DNA of 64,000 nucleotides from an uncultured virus (IMG/VR IMGVR_UViG_3300042691_011955) (Duplodnaviria; Heunggongvirae; Uroviricota; Caudoviricetes): IMG/VR virus record IMGVR_UViG_3300042691_011955; one strand, 5' to 3'. The notes beneath the pieces were generated by a model. The model saw nothing but the letters and a program-made list of their open reading frames with translations, had not been told where the DNA came from and made no database searches. This document shows positions 13,788-23,740 of the stretch, piece after piece; position 1 is the first letter of the stretch, and every line of letters starts with the position of its first letter. The position numbers and the translations under genes were made by a program.

Positions 13788-14291
13788 ATGACAATCGTAG
13801 AAAGAGCTAGGGTATTTGCAACAGCGGCACATTCAGCTGTAGCTCAACTTCGTAAGTACACAGGTGAACCATACATCGTTCACCCTGCTGAAGTTGTTCG
13901 CATTGTTAGTACAGTGACTCACACTGACGCAATGTTAGCGGCGGCTTGGTTACATGATGTTGTAGAAGACACTGGTGTTACTAACGAAGTGATCCGTGCT
14001 GAATTCGGAGACGAAGTTGCAGAGTTAGTGGGATGGTTAACTGATGTTAGTCGTCCTGAACAAGGCAATCGAGCTGTGCGCAAGGCTATTGACAGGGCAC
14101 ACTCTGCTATGGCACCGGCAGCGGCGCAAACAGTAAAGTTAGCTGACTTAATCTCTAACACTCGTAGTATTATGGCACACGATGAAAAGTTTGCTAGAAC
14201 ATACTTAGAAGAAAAGAGATTGTTGTTAGAAGTAATGACTAAGGGCGATCCTGTGTTATTAGCTGAAGCTAGAAAGAATATCAGCAAATGA
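13788..14291 (+). CDS. stand-alone RelA/SpoT-type HD hydrolase ((p)ppGpp hydrolase-like)
   Basis: AH..Q.RK.TGEPYIVHP, LHDVVEDT, VKLADLISN. Confidence 0.9.
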   Translation: MTIVERARVFATAAHSAVAQLRKYTGEPYIVHPAEVVRIVSTVTHTDAMLAAAWLHDVVEDTGVTNEVIRAEFGDEVAELVGWLTDVSRPEQGNRAVRKAIDRAHSAMAPAAAQTVKLADLISNTRSIMAHDEKFARTYLEEKRLLLEVMTKGDPVLLAEARKNISK

Positions 14292-14379
14292 CATATCGTC
14301 AGTACTATTGGCGAGAGATGATGAGAGCTCTCAAGGCTTTCATCATCTACTCACGGGGATTCATTTTAGGTAAACGTAT

Positions 14380-14541
14380 ATGAAAATTAAATTTGATAAA
14401 GAAACTATGCCCGACGAATTGTATAATGCACTACTACAGCATTTTGTAAATGAAGCAGTTGGACTAGGAGTAGAAGTAACCAAGCATACTCGATTTGAAG
14501 ATTGGGTAGTTGAGTGCAACATCAAGGTACCATTACAATGA
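14380..14541 (+). CDS. small hypothetical protein
   Basis: 53-aa ORF, ATGA overlap with next gene. Confidence 0.55.
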   Translation: MKIKFDKETMPDELYNALLQHFVNEAVGLGVEVTKHTRFEDWVVECNIKVPLQ

Positions 14542-14717
14542 AGGACGAAAGTCATTTACCAGTAGCAGAACAGAGTCTAGTTTTTCGTTTGCGTAAGCGA
14601 GCAGAAATACGTAGGCAAATTAAAGATCGTAAATCAGTGCAAGAAGGTGCCAATGATCGCATTGCGGATCTCTTAGAGGAAGCCGCTAACGAAATTGAAA
14701 GACTGCAAAATGAGTGA
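14538..14717 (+). CDS. hypothetical protein
   Basis: Coupled ORF. Confidence 0.65.
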   Translation: MKDESHLPVAEQSLVFRLRKRAEIRRQIKDRKSVQEGANDRIADLLEEAANEIERLQNE

Positions 14718-15084
14718 ACTATATCAATATATATTTAGCGACTATGCAGGTACTGGAGAAGGGCGCACCATGTGCGTTCTAATCACACGAGCATATCCAA
14801 AAAAAGATGACTACGAAGTACAACCAGATTTTGTTACAGACGAAACAGGTAAAATGGTGTATGTTCCAGGCAAACTAAAGCATAGTCAAAAATTTATTGC
14901 GGCTAGAGAATTCAAAGAACGATTTGGAGACTTCTATATTCATTTCGCAGAGAATTTGAGCAAGGAAGACTTCTTAACCAGATCTGGTAGACTTTTACCT
15001 GAAATGGTGTTAAAATTAGTTAACAGTGAGGATCAGCCTGGCAATCTTTACTTTGCACAAGAATTCCATTTTAACTTTAGCTGA
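14710..15084 (+). CDS. hypothetical protein
   Basis: Coupled ORF. Confidence 0.6.
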   Translation: MSELYQYIFSDYAGTGEGRTMCVLITRAYPKKDDYEVQPDFVTDETGKMVYVPGKLKHSQKFIAAREFKERFGDFYIHFAENLSKEDFLTRSGRLLPEMVLKLVNSEDQPGNLYFAQEFHFNFS

Positions 15085-15090
15085 GGACAT

Positions 15091-16407
15091 ATGCGTACAC
15101 AACCCGAATACATTATTGGTGCTTTAGAAGATCACCCTAGCCGTCTTAATAAAGAAGGTATCCTCGAGTCGGCTATGGAAGAAGGACTAGACGAGTTCTT
15201 TGAAGGTGTACGTATGGCCTTGGATCCTCTTGTAACATTTGGCGTTAAGCAAGTACCAGAAGCTACTGTAGACGGGCAAGGACTTACTTGGGCTAATTTT
15301 AAAACACTTGCAGATCAACTTAATCGTAGAGAACTAACCGGTCATGCGGCACGTGATGCTATTAAACTATGCATGGACACAGCTACAGCATCACAGTGGA
15401 ATCGATTCTATCGACGCATCCTTATTAAGGATTTGCGTTGCGGTGTTTCGGAAAAGACTGTAAACAAGGTTGCTAAAAAATTCCCGCAGTACACAATTCC
15501 AATCTTTGAATGTCAGCTTGCGCATGACTCAGCTAATCACGAAAAGAAGATGACTGGCAAGAAACAGATTGAAGTTAAACTAGACGGTGTTCGAGTCATT
15601 GCTGTAGTTCGTGTTGACGGCAGAGTCGAACTGTTTAGCCGCAATGGTAAAGAGTTTCATAACTTTGGACACATCGCAGACGAAATTTCTAAAGTAGTAA
15701 AATTTAATCCGCCAGCTTATGACCTAGTGCTAGACGGCGAAGTAATGAGCGCCAGCTTTCAGGACCTAATGAAGCAGGTTCACCGTAAGGACAATGTTGC
15801 CGCAAGCGATGCAGTACTGCATCTGTTTGACATGTGTCCATTAGAGGATTTCCAAAAAGGTGTATGGGAAAAGCCACAGAGTGTCCGCAGTCAAATGGTT
15901 CAGGCTTGGGTTTCAAAACATGTGGCTTTTCTGCCACACGTCCAATGCTTAGACTGGGAAACTGTGGACTTAGACACCCCCGACGGACAAAAACGCTTTG
16001 TAGACCTGAATAAACGTGCTGTAGACGGTGGTTATGAGGGTGTTATGATCAAGGATGTTGATGCACCCTACGAGTGCAAGCGGAGCCACAGTTGGCTCAA
16101 AGCTAAACCATTTATAGAAGTAACATTAAGTATTACAGCCGTAGAAGAAGGAACCGGAAAAAATGAAGGAAGACTTGGGGCTTTTGTATGCAGTGGCGCG
16201 GATGATGGGCGTGATATTAGGGTCAATGTTGGCAGTGGCTTTACGGATGATCAAAGATCCAGTTTTTGGACTAGTCGTAATGATCTTCTTAGTGCTTTGG
16301 TGGAAGTCCGTGCAGACGCCGTAACACAAAATCAAGACGGTACATATAGCCTTCGCTTTCCTAGGTTCAAAACTTTTAGAGGATTTGAAAAGGATGAAAA
16401 GTTATGA
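15091..16407 (+). CDS. ATP-dependent DNA ligase
   Basis: KLDGVR, LDGE, EGVMIK, WLKAK, SLRFPRF motifs. Confidence 0.96.
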   Translation: MRTQPEYIIGALEDHPSRLNKEGILESAMEEGLDEFFEGVRMALDPLVTFGVKQVPEATVDGQGLTWANFKTLADQLNRRELTGHAARDAIKLCMDTATASQWNRFYRRILIKDLRCGVSEKTVNKVAKKFPQYTIPIFECQLAHDSANHEKKMTGKKQIEVKLDGVRVIAVVRVDGRVELFSRNGKEFHNFGHIADEISKVVKFNPPAYDLVLDGEVMSASFQDLMKQVHRKDNVAASDAVLHLFDMCPLEDFQKGVWEKPQSVRSQMVQAWVSKHVAFLPHVQCLDWETVDLDTPDGQKRFVDLNKRAVDGGYEGVMIKDVDAPYECKRSHSWLKAKPFIEVTLSITAVEEGTGKNEGRLGAFVCSGADDGRDIRVNVGSGFTDDQRSSFWTSRNDLLSALVEVRADAVTQNQDGTYSLRFPRFKTFRGFEKDEKL

Positions 16408-16580
16408 TAAAAATTGGCAGCAGATGGAAGACAGTTGACAACACATTTATAGTTATTGACGTAATAGAAAAAGAAGGAGACCCATGGGTCTATTATAAAA
16501 ACATTAAAACACTACAAGAATATAACTGTCGCCAAGAAGCATTCGTAGGACGCTTCGGCGAAATAGTAAATGAAAATTAA
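16404..16580 (+). CDS. small hypothetical protein
   Basis: 58-aa ORF filling the gap, ATGA coupling. Confidence 0.5.
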   Translation: MIKIGSRWKTVDNTFIVIDVIEKEGDPWVYYKNIKTLQEYNCRQEAFVGRFGEIVNEN

Positions 16581-16803
16581 TACAACACACAGTCAATTAA
16601 AAACAATTAAACAAGGTGAGCCGGGCTTTATGCTCACTGACGGACTTGTAGTCGCACCAAGAGCAGGTTTTGAAATAAGTCAAAATTGTCCAGCTGAATA
16701 TAAAAGTATTTTTATTACAGCAATTAATGCTGGCTGGATTAAACCCATAGCTAATGTCTATGCTCGAGATTTGACTTTCCAAGCATTAAAAGAATCGACG
16801 TGA
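16570..16803 (+). CDS. hypothetical protein
   Basis: ORF in operon. Confidence 0.6.
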   Translation: MKINTTHSQLKTIKQGEPGFMLTDGLVVAPRAGFEISQNCPAEYKSIFITAINAGWIKPIANVYARDLTFQALKEST

Positions 16804-17090
16804 CTTGGTTAGGACAACCTACTTATCATATAGTTGGCAATAACATAGAAGAACGGCGTAAAGTTCTTCTATACCAGTTTAGCATGGGCGATGTAGAAGA
16901 CCCACAGCTATATGCCGCGTTTCCAATAAGTGAATGGCAAAAAACTGAAATTGGTCAGTGGTGTATGAAAAATGCCACAGACATAGAGTGGCACACAAAC
17001 ATAGATCACCATTCATTGGGCTATAATGTAGTAATAACAGGTGTTCTCTCGGGCAAACATTTAACCTACTTTTTACTCAAAAAAGGTTGA
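16800..17090 (+). CDS. hypothetical protein
   Basis: ORF in operon. Confidence 0.6.
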   Translation: MTWLGQPTYHIVGNNIEERRKVLLYQFSMGDVEDPQLYAAFPISEWQKTEIGQWCMKNATDIEWHTNIDHHSLGYNVVITGVLSGKHLTYFLLKKG

Positions 17091-17115
17091 CTTCTTTTGG
17101 ATAAGCATATATACT
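17087..17115 (+). promoter_or_regulatory. sigma70 promoter
   Basis: TTGACT-17-TATACT. Confidence 0.7.
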
Positions 17116-17145
17116 AACGACTTACACAACTGTTAGGAGTAAAGC

Positions 17146-18435
17146 ATGGCAACCAAAGTCGGAATCAAAGTACCAAAAAAGAAAGCTCGGTTGGCGCCCA
17201 CTGTACGCCAAGGATCCAAAATCAAAGGTCCTAGCTTTGAAGGTTGGGAAACTTGGCCAGGTGAACAGTATCACCGTGCTGTGCGTTCTGCTCGTGACTT
17301 TTATTACGACAATTACAAGCCTGCAGATTTGCTACCAGAAGTTCTAGCATGGATGAAAGAAAATGGTTACAAGGCTGACGAAATCAAAAGTGTAAAAGCC
17401 GCTGGTGTAAACATTACCGTTTGCATCTACTGCAAACTGCTTCGTAATGGTATGCCTGACTACAATAAAGTACACGACGAGTTTTGGCAAGGCCTTTCTG
17501 GAACTATGGGTCCAATTAAACCTGTTACTGATTATATTAAAACTGCCCTTGAACTAGCAATAGTTGGAGGCAAATCGATTGTGGTCCAAGAAGCCAAGGC
17601 TGAAAAAGTCAAAGCAAATACCTATACTCCTACTATTCAAGAACGTATTACAGAGCAAGCTCAAAAAGCTGCCGAAGATATCGATAATTGGCTTGAAGGA
17701 TTTGTTGAAGATCGCAAAAACTTTAATCCAAAAGGTTTTGATTTTAAGGCTCACTTTAGTAAAATGGGCGTGACACAAGCACACGCTCGCAAATTGGTTG
17801 GCTTTTATCAAAAGGAATTGGAAGAGTTTCGTTCGCTCCAAAACTTACCCACAGCGGCACAACTCAAAAAAATGGATGCTAGAGAAGCAGATCATGTAGA
17901 GCAACTAAAAGAAGCCTACAGTCACCTTGCTAAGAAGGATGTCTCTAACTACATTGCGGCTCTAGAAACGCTTGTAGACGCTTGTACGCTTATCGTAGAC
18001 ACCAGCAAAGCTACACGCAAACCTCGTACAGCAAAGCCTAAGTCGGCTGATAAATTGGTTGCTAAACTCAAATATATGAAAGTGGATCAAAAGTACAGTT
18101 TGGCATCCATTAACCCTACAGATATTGTGGGTGCAAATGAACTTTGGGTGTTCAATGTAAAGACTCGCAAGTTGGGCAAATATATTGCGTCTAGCATTGA
18201 TCCAACTGGTATGGGCAGAAATGGGAGTGGACTTACAGTCAAAGGTACTACTGTTGAAGGATTTGATCCAGTAAAGAGTATCCAAAAAACTTTGCGTAAA
18301 CCAGAAGAACAAATCAAAGCATTTAAAGCTGCCGGTAAGGTTGTATTGCGTAAGTTTTTAGAAGACATCAATACTACAGATACGATCATGAACGGACGTA
18401 TTAATAGTGATACTATACTACTTAAAGTAGCATAA
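17146..18435 (+). CDS. basic hypothetical phage protein
   Basis: 429 aa, AGGAG RBS. Confidence 0.8.
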   Translation: MATKVGIKVPKKKARLAPTVRQGSKIKGPSFEGWETWPGEQYHRAVRSARDFYYDNYKPADLLPEVLAWMKENGYKADEIKSVKAAGVNITVCIYCKLLRNGMPDYNKVHDEFWQGLSGTMGPIKPVTDYIKTALELAIVGGKSIVVQEAKAEKVKANTYTPTIQERITEQAQKAAEDIDNWLEGFVEDRKNFNPKGFDFKAHFSKMGVTQAHARKLVGFYQKELEEFRSLQNLPTAAQLKKMDAREADHVEQLKEAYSHLAKKDVSNYIAALETLVDACTLIVDTSKATRKPRTAKPKSADKLVAKLKYMKVDQKYSLASINPTDIVGANELWVFNVKTRKLGKYIASSIDPTGMGRNGSGLTVKGTTVEGFDPVKSIQKTLRKPEEQIKAFKAAGKVVLRKFLEDINTTDTIMNGRINSDTILLKVA

Positions 18436-18469
18436 ACCCGCTCATACATGTATCTTGATAAATACATGT

Positions 18470-19570
18470 ATGAGCACAAACAATCCTAACATTCACGATA
18501 TACTAAAGAGTCTCGGCGATGCTATCGACGGGATTTCTAAACGCGAAGTCCAAAAGACTAAAATTTTCGATAGAGAATTAAGCGGCGACAAAATTAACGG
18601 TGGTATGATTACCAACTTTGCAAGTGTCGGTATTAAAGATACTGCTACAAAGGCAATTTTACGAGTAGCAGATGACGGTATTCGAGTTGATGTAGTTCAT
18701 ACAAATGTTGTTGCTTGTCCGTTAACTGTTAAAGGAAACTTAACAGTTGAGGGCGAAATACATGCCCGTAAACTACACGTTGACGAAGTATCAGCGGACA
18801 TAAGATATGAAAGAACAAGTCCGCTAGAATTTAAAGGCGAAGACGGTTCATTAGCATATGGTAAGGGACTTATTTGGACAGGTGGTAGTTACACTAAACA
18901 ATTTGTTCTACAGCCAAAGCCGGATCGATTTTTTAGCTCAGAATCTATTGACCTGTTCAAAGACAAATACTACTCTATATCAGGTCTACCAGTGTTAACA
19001 CAAACTGAGCTAGGCACTAGTGTTGTTAAAAGTAATCTAAAACAAATAGGTACATTAGACGAGCTTCGTGTTGCAGGCAACGTGGTAGTGGACGAATTTT
19101 TATTCTGGGATGCTGACACACAACGTTTAGGTTTAGGAACAGATGCACCTAACGGTGCTATTAGTATTATGAGTTGGGATCACGAATTTGTAATTGATCC
19201 TACTGAAGATAAGAAATTTAAAATAGGCACATGGACTACAACTGCACTAGAAATTATCACAGACGATTCTACTAGGATTGATATTGCACACAATGGTGTT
19301 GTAACTTTTTACGAAAAAGTTGTGTTAAAGCATAAGCTAGGTGTAGGTGTTAAGAACTTTGCTGAGGATGCTGATATCACTACAGCAGGTCCTGTGCGAT
19401 TCCAAGATAAAAAGTTTGAAGTAGGTACAGAGATTCCTACAGCAGGTACTTACAAAAAAGGTGATATAGTATGGGACGCAAATCCTCAAGCTGGAGGGTA
19501 TACTGGTTGGATCTGTATACGTGAAGGCACGCCAGGTGTGTGGAAACCATTTGGTCAAATTTCTGTTTAA
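18470..19570 (+). CDS. putative virion structural protein
   Basis: Late motif GATAAATA upstream; beta-rich; C-terminal GDIVWD..GGYTGWIC. Confidence 0.65.
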   Translation: MSTNNPNIHDILKSLGDAIDGISKREVQKTKIFDRELSGDKINGGMITNFASVGIKDTATKAILRVADDGIRVDVVHTNVVACPLTVKGNLTVEGEIHARKLHVDEVSADIRYERTSPLEFKGEDGSLAYGKGLIWTGGSYTKQFVLQPKPDRFFSSESIDLFKDKYYSISGLPVLTQTELGTSVVKSNLKQIGTLDELRVAGNVVVDEFLFWDADTQRLGLGTDAPNGAISIMSWDHEFVIDPTEDKKFKIGTWTTTALEIITDDSTRIDIAHNGVVTFYEKVVLKHKLGVGVKNFAEDADITTAGPVRFQDKKFEVGTEIPTAGTYKKGDIVWDANPQAGGYTGWICIREGTPGVWKPFGQISV

Positions 19571-19582
19571 TCAAACAATTTT

Positions 19583-20179
19583 ATGTGGGTCTTTGGCAAC
19601 GGCGAAAGTCGTAAACATATTGATCTAGATCGTCTTAAAGGTTATAAGATAGGGTGTAACGCTATAATGCGTGACCATGAAGTAGACTATCTAGTATGTG
19701 TTGACAGACGTATGGTCAACGAAGCAATTAAAGATAATATAAACGAGACTACATTAGTTTATACTAGAAAAGACTGGTATGGCGATTATCGACATTTAAA
19801 AAATGTTAGAGAAGTTCCAGATATTCCATACGAGTCTGTGATACGAGCCGATGAGCCGTTTCAATGGGGCAGTGGCCCTTATGCTGTGTTACTTGCGGCA
19901 AAATTATCTAAAGAACGTTCTGTTAGTCTAGTAGGCTTTGATTTATACAGTGACAATAAACTTGTAAATAATTTATACAAAGACACACAGGGCTATGATG
20001 AAGCATCAAAGTCCGCAGTCGATCCACGCTATTGGATACACCAAATAGGCAAAGTTTTTGAACATTTTTCAAAAGTAAATTTTACAGTCTATCGTCCGCT
20101 TAATTGGGAGACTCCCAAAGCCTGGATTAAATCTAACGTTGAGGTTGACAAGATAAGTAACATATACTATAATACATAG
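19583..20179 (+). CDS. hypothetical protein (glycosyltransferase-associated type)
   Basis: GNGESR, GCNA..RD, LVGFD motifs. Confidence 0.6.
   Translation: MWVFGNGESRKHIDLDRLKGYKIGCNAIMRDHEVDYLVCVDRRMVNEAIKDNINETTLVYTRKDWYGDYRHLKNVREVPDIPYESVIRADEPFQWGSGPYAVLLAAKLSKERSVSLVGFDLYSDNKLVNNLYKDTQGYDEASKSAVDPRYWIHQIGKVFEHFSKVNFTVYRPLNWETPKAWIKSNVEVDKISNIYYNT
20145..20173 (+). promoter_or_regulatory. sigma70 promoter of queD
   Basis: TTGACA-17-TATAAT. Confidence 0.8.
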
Positions 20180-20270
20180 TATACTATACAGTGGTCTTTT
20201 AATGACGTTCACCCCACTTTAAATACTCTGCATGTCATCAAACTTGCTACCTACAAAAAGGAGACTAGAG

Positions 20271-20795
20271 ATGGCAAAATATCTTTCAACAAAAACTTAT
20301 GGCAATGACAGAGGTCTGTCATGTTGCTTTAGACAATGGCGTAGTACACATTCACACTGTTCGTTACTACACGGATACTCAATTGGTATCAAATTAATCT
20401 TTGAATCAAAAACACTAGATGATCGCAACTGGGTTATGGACTTTGGTGGACTCAAAGCATTCAAAGAGTGGAGTGAATGGCAATTTGATCACACTACTGT
20501 TATGGCTTTAGATGATCCTCATCTCCCAAAGTTTAAGGAACTTGCTAAGTTGGGTAAACAAGCTGAAGGCGGTGTATTGGATTTGCGTCTAGTAGAAGCT
20601 GTTGGATGCGAAAAATTTGCTGAACTGGCATATCGCACAATGAATGAAATACTAGAAGCATACAAAGAAGGTCGTGCTTGGACTCATCCAGACGGAAGAG
20701 TATTTGAAGCACGGTATCCTGTTGGTGCTGGTGTTCGTCTACGTTCAGTTGAAGTGTTTGAACACGCTGGTAACTCTGCTACTTATGAGGGTTAA
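20271..20795 (+). CDS. queD: 6-carboxytetrahydropterin synthase / PTPS family
   Basis: HCSLLHGY, WVMDFG.LK, FDH, VFEH motifs; GGAG RBS before ATG 20271. Confidence 0.9.
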   Translation: MAKYLSTKTYGNDRGLSCCFRQWRSTHSHCSLLHGYSIGIKLIFESKTLDDRNWVMDFGGLKAFKEWSEWQFDHTTVMALDDPHLPKFKELAKLGKQAEGGVLDLRLVEAVGCEKFAELAYRTMNEILEAYKEGRAWTHPDGRVFEARYPVGAGVRLRSVEVFEHAGNSATYEG

Positions 20796-20797
20796 AA

Positions 20798-21628
20798 TTG
20801 CCAAAGATTGACAAAGGTCAATATACTAAAGAAGAATGGCGTAAGATAAAAGAACAGAGGCATTTAGAAAAACAAAAGCCTCAAGAAATTATTACGCCTA
20901 ATTTAGTTACCCATGAAGATAGTCTAAAAAATTATCTTCTTTGTTTAAAACACGGCACAAAATACGGTCCAGAATATGTAAACAAACTCTACAACATGGT
21001 TAAGAGAAACTGTAGTTTAGACTACGAGTTTGTTTGTTTAACAGATAACGCTAATGGACTAGATCCAAGAATAAAAACAATACCTTTGCCCGCCAACTTA
21101 CAAGGATGGTGGTGTAAACCTTATATGTACAGTAAAGAGTTGCCTATTAATGGCACAATACTTTACATGGATTTAGATGTAGTAATAGCAAGTAATATAG
21201 ATAAACTTTTTACCTACCAACCTAATCACTGGTGTACTATTAGAGATTTTACCAGAGCTATGCGCCCAAGTTGGAAAAAATATAATAGCAGTGTAGTTCG
21301 ATTTAAAACTGGCCAGCTAGATTATGTCTGGACAGGATTCCGAGAAAATCAACACGATATTCAAAGAAGACTACATGGCGATCAAGATTGGTTATTTGAA
21401 GCTACACAAAAAAATCAAGCAATGCTGTATCCGGACAGTTGGATACTAAGTTGGAAATGGGAAGTTAGACGTACTAAAGAATTTGATTATGGCAGCACTA
21501 AAGGAAATCGAAAATTTAAACAGATAGAAGATGTAAAACCAAGGATTGAATGTTGTGTAACAGTATTTCACGGAGACCCAAATCCTCATAATTGTGAAGA
21601 CCCTTGGGTGGTTGACAACTGGCGCTAA
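20798..21628 (+). CDS. glycosyltransferase-like protein
   Basis: K.GTKY..YVN.L, YMDLDVV (DXD), GDQDW, FHG.P.P. Confidence 0.75.
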   Translation: MPKIDKGQYTKEEWRKIKEQRHLEKQKPQEIITPNLVTHEDSLKNYLLCLKHGTKYGPEYVNKLYNMVKRNCSLDYEFVCLTDNANGLDPRIKTIPLPANLQGWWCKPYMYSKELPINGTILYMDLDVVIASNIDKLFTYQPNHWCTIRDFTRAMRPSWKKYNSSVVRFKTGQLDYVWTGFRENQHDIQRRLHGDQDWLFEATQKNQAMLYPDSWILSWKWEVRRTKEFDYGSTKGNRKFKQIEDVKPRIECCVTVFHGDPNPHNCEDPWVVDNWR

Positions 21629-21640
21629 ATCTAGTATAAT
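21612..21640 (+). promoter_or_regulatory. sigma70 promoter of uvsE (leaderless)
   Basis: TTGACA-17-TATAAT, ATG 6 nt later. Confidence 0.8.
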
Positions 21641-21645
21641 AACTT

Positions 21646-22746
21646 ATGAAAAAACGTATCGGCTTTGCTTGCAAATATATGTACCCTGATCGAACTCAAA
21701 AGAAAAAACTTTTGGAAGAAATTCAGAGACCACTAAATACTCGGTCAACTACTGTACAATGGTTGAACAGACAAACTAAGGCTGTAGCAGAACAGCGGCT
21801 TTGGGAAATTATGGAGCACAATATTGCTTCGTATAGGAGACTTATAGAATATGTTGGACGTTTGCCGCAAGATCTTAGAATGGTTAGACTGGGTAGCGAT
21901 TGCCTTCCTGTGTACACTGAGCCGACTTGGGGGTACTATTGGAAGTTACCAGACGTTAGAGCATATTGTGAAAGAGAGTTTGCCTTGGTGGGCGAAACGG
22001 CTCGTAGGCTTGATGTGCGTGTGTCTATGCATCCTGGCCAGTTTACTGTGTTGGCATCTGAGTCAGATGACATTGTTAATCGATCAATAGAGGAGTTTGA
22101 ATATCATGCAGATATGGCCCGTTGGATGGGGTTCGGCAAACAATTTCAGGACTTTAAAATCAATGTCCACATCGCGGGTCGCAGAGGTCCAGCCGGTATT
22201 ATCAGCGCACTTGGGCGTCTCTCACCAGAGGCGCGAAACTGTATTACTATCGAAAACGACGAAATGTCTTGGGGAATCGACGCCTCTCTCGAACTATCAA
22301 AGCATCTCGCTTTGGTGCTAGACATACATCATCATTGGATTAATTCTGGAGAATATATTGAAGCTACTGACGACCGTTTTAAAAGGATTATTGATAGCTG
22401 GCGTGGTGTTCGGCCTGTTATACATTATAGTGTTTCACGGGAAGACTGCCTTATTGGCCATTCCAAACACCAGCGCCCCGATCTTTGGACGCTACTAGAA
22501 AACGGATACAAGAAAGCTAAACTTAGAGCACACAGCGATTACATGTGGAATGACGCTGTAAATGATTGGGCTCTTACATTCCGTGAATATGCAGATATTA
22601 TGGTTGAATCTAAATGTAAGAATTTAGCAACATTGGACTTATATAACTATGCCAATACCAATGCAAGTATTAAGAATGAGTACGGATTCTTGGATGTTCA
22701 ACAAGCGCAGGATAGGGCATCAGCAGAAACTGTGCTTATTGCCTAG
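21646..22746 (+). CDS. uvsE: UV damage endonuclease
   Basis: RIGFACK, RLGSD, SMHPGQF, IEND, LDIHH, AHSD, MVESK. Confidence 0.95.
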   Translation: MKKRIGFACKYMYPDRTQKKKLLEEIQRPLNTRSTTVQWLNRQTKAVAEQRLWEIMEHNIASYRRLIEYVGRLPQDLRMVRLGSDCLPVYTEPTWGYYWKLPDVRAYCEREFALVGETARRLDVRVSMHPGQFTVLASESDDIVNRSIEEFEYHADMARWMGFGKQFQDFKINVHIAGRRGPAGIISALGRLSPEARNCITIENDEMSWGIDASLELSKHLALVLDIHHHWINSGEYIEATDDRFKRIIDSWRGVRPVIHYSVSREDCLIGHSKHQRPDLWTLLENGYKKAKLRAHSDYMWNDAVNDWALTFREYADIMVESKCKNLATLDLYNYANTNASIKNEYGFLDVQQAQDRASAETVLIA

Positions 22747-22888
22747 GCGCTGTTATCTAAGTAATAAGTTTTTGTGGCTTAAACGCTGTGAAGTAATTAC
22801 TAGTATGATAACTGGCCCTGGTGAATCTATTTTTGAAACGTATTGGTGTGACCCTAAAGAATTTCTACTCAACGAATTGAAACGGTAA
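22649..22888 (+). CDS. hypothetical protein, start uncertain
   Basis: Overlaps the uvsE 3' end. Confidence 0.45.
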   Translation: MPIPMQVLRMSTDSWMFNKRRIGHQQKLCLLPRRCYLSNKFLWLKRCEVITSMITGPGESIFETYWCDPKEFLLNELKR

Positions 22889-22895
22889 ATACAAT

Positions 22896-23183
22896 ATGAA
22901 CTACTTAACCAAAATGTACGGTCGCACATCAAGCGTAGTACCTAAAACTTCAGACAAAAATCCTAACCGAGTTGCCGGCGGGCTTCGTGGTCAAGGTGTA
23001 GACACATTTACTATGCTAGGAGAAGATGGTATAGAAAAGCGTATTCCTACTCATGCTTATGTGCAGAGTCTGGAAGAGCAGATAAGAAAACAGCGAGCAG
23101 CCATCGATGTATTAGATCGAAAGCTAGCTCGCCAAGATAGTGCAATTCAAACTATAGAAAGTTTGTTGCGCTCGCGTAATTAA
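22896..23183 (+). CDS. hypothetical coiled-coil protein
   Basis: Late motif TAAATA upstream. Confidence 0.65.
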   Translation: MNYLTKMYGRTSSVVPKTSDKNPNRVAGGLRGQGVDTFTMLGEDGIEKRIPTHAYVQSLEEQIRKQRAAIDVLDRKLARQDSAIQTIESLLRSRN

Positions 23184-23503
23184 GCACTAGTTTTCGGCTT
23201 ACGGCCACGTGTTGAAGCAGTCTTAGTGGCTGCTTTTTTAACGGTTGCCTTTGCTTTGGTTGCAGTCTTCTTAACGGCTGCTTTTGCTTTAGTCGCTACA
23301 ACTTTTACATCAGCTACATCAACTTTACCGTCTTTGTTAGCATCTGCAACTTCTGCAACAGCTTCAACAGTCTTTTCAACTGCGGCTTTCGCATCAGCTA
23401 AATCAACTTTTCCGTCTTGATTGACATCAATACCAGTTTTACGATTTGCGTACCAAATCGCTGTACCAGCTACTACAACTATAATTGCAATTATAATTTC
23501 CAT
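23180..23503 (-). CDS. membrane-anchored protein with two EF-hand-like loops and a Lys/Ala-rich tail
   Basis: N-terminal TM, DVNQDGKVD and DANKDGKVD; AAGGAGGT RBS. Confidence 0.75.
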   Translation of the reverse strand: MEIIIAIIVVVAGTAIWYANRKTGIDVNQDGKVDLADAKAAVEKTVEAVAEVADANKDGKVDVADVKVVATKAKAAVKKTATKAKATVKKAATKTASTRGRKPKTSA

Positions 23504-23563
23504 GTTAAAATACCTCCTTAAGGTCTTTTATTTAACTAAATACAAATAACTGGAGATTAAATT

Positions 23564-23740
23564 ATGGCAGGACTATACAGCGGAAGTTTAAAATTGGATC
23601 GTGTAACAGGAATTAGACACGACAAAGGTCAATACATGACTTACGTTCCTGTTAAGAAAGATACTACTAAACTTCAAGAATCACCTAAAGGTATGAAAAT
23701 AACCCCTAACGTCACTAGTGACGGACTTAAAAAATCATAA
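23564..23740 (+). CDS. small hypothetical protein
   Basis: GGAG RBS, 58 aa, TAAATA upstream. Confidence 0.55.
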   Translation: MAGLYSGSLKLDRVTGIRHDKGQYMTYVPVKKDTTKLQESPKGMKITPNVTSDGLKKS

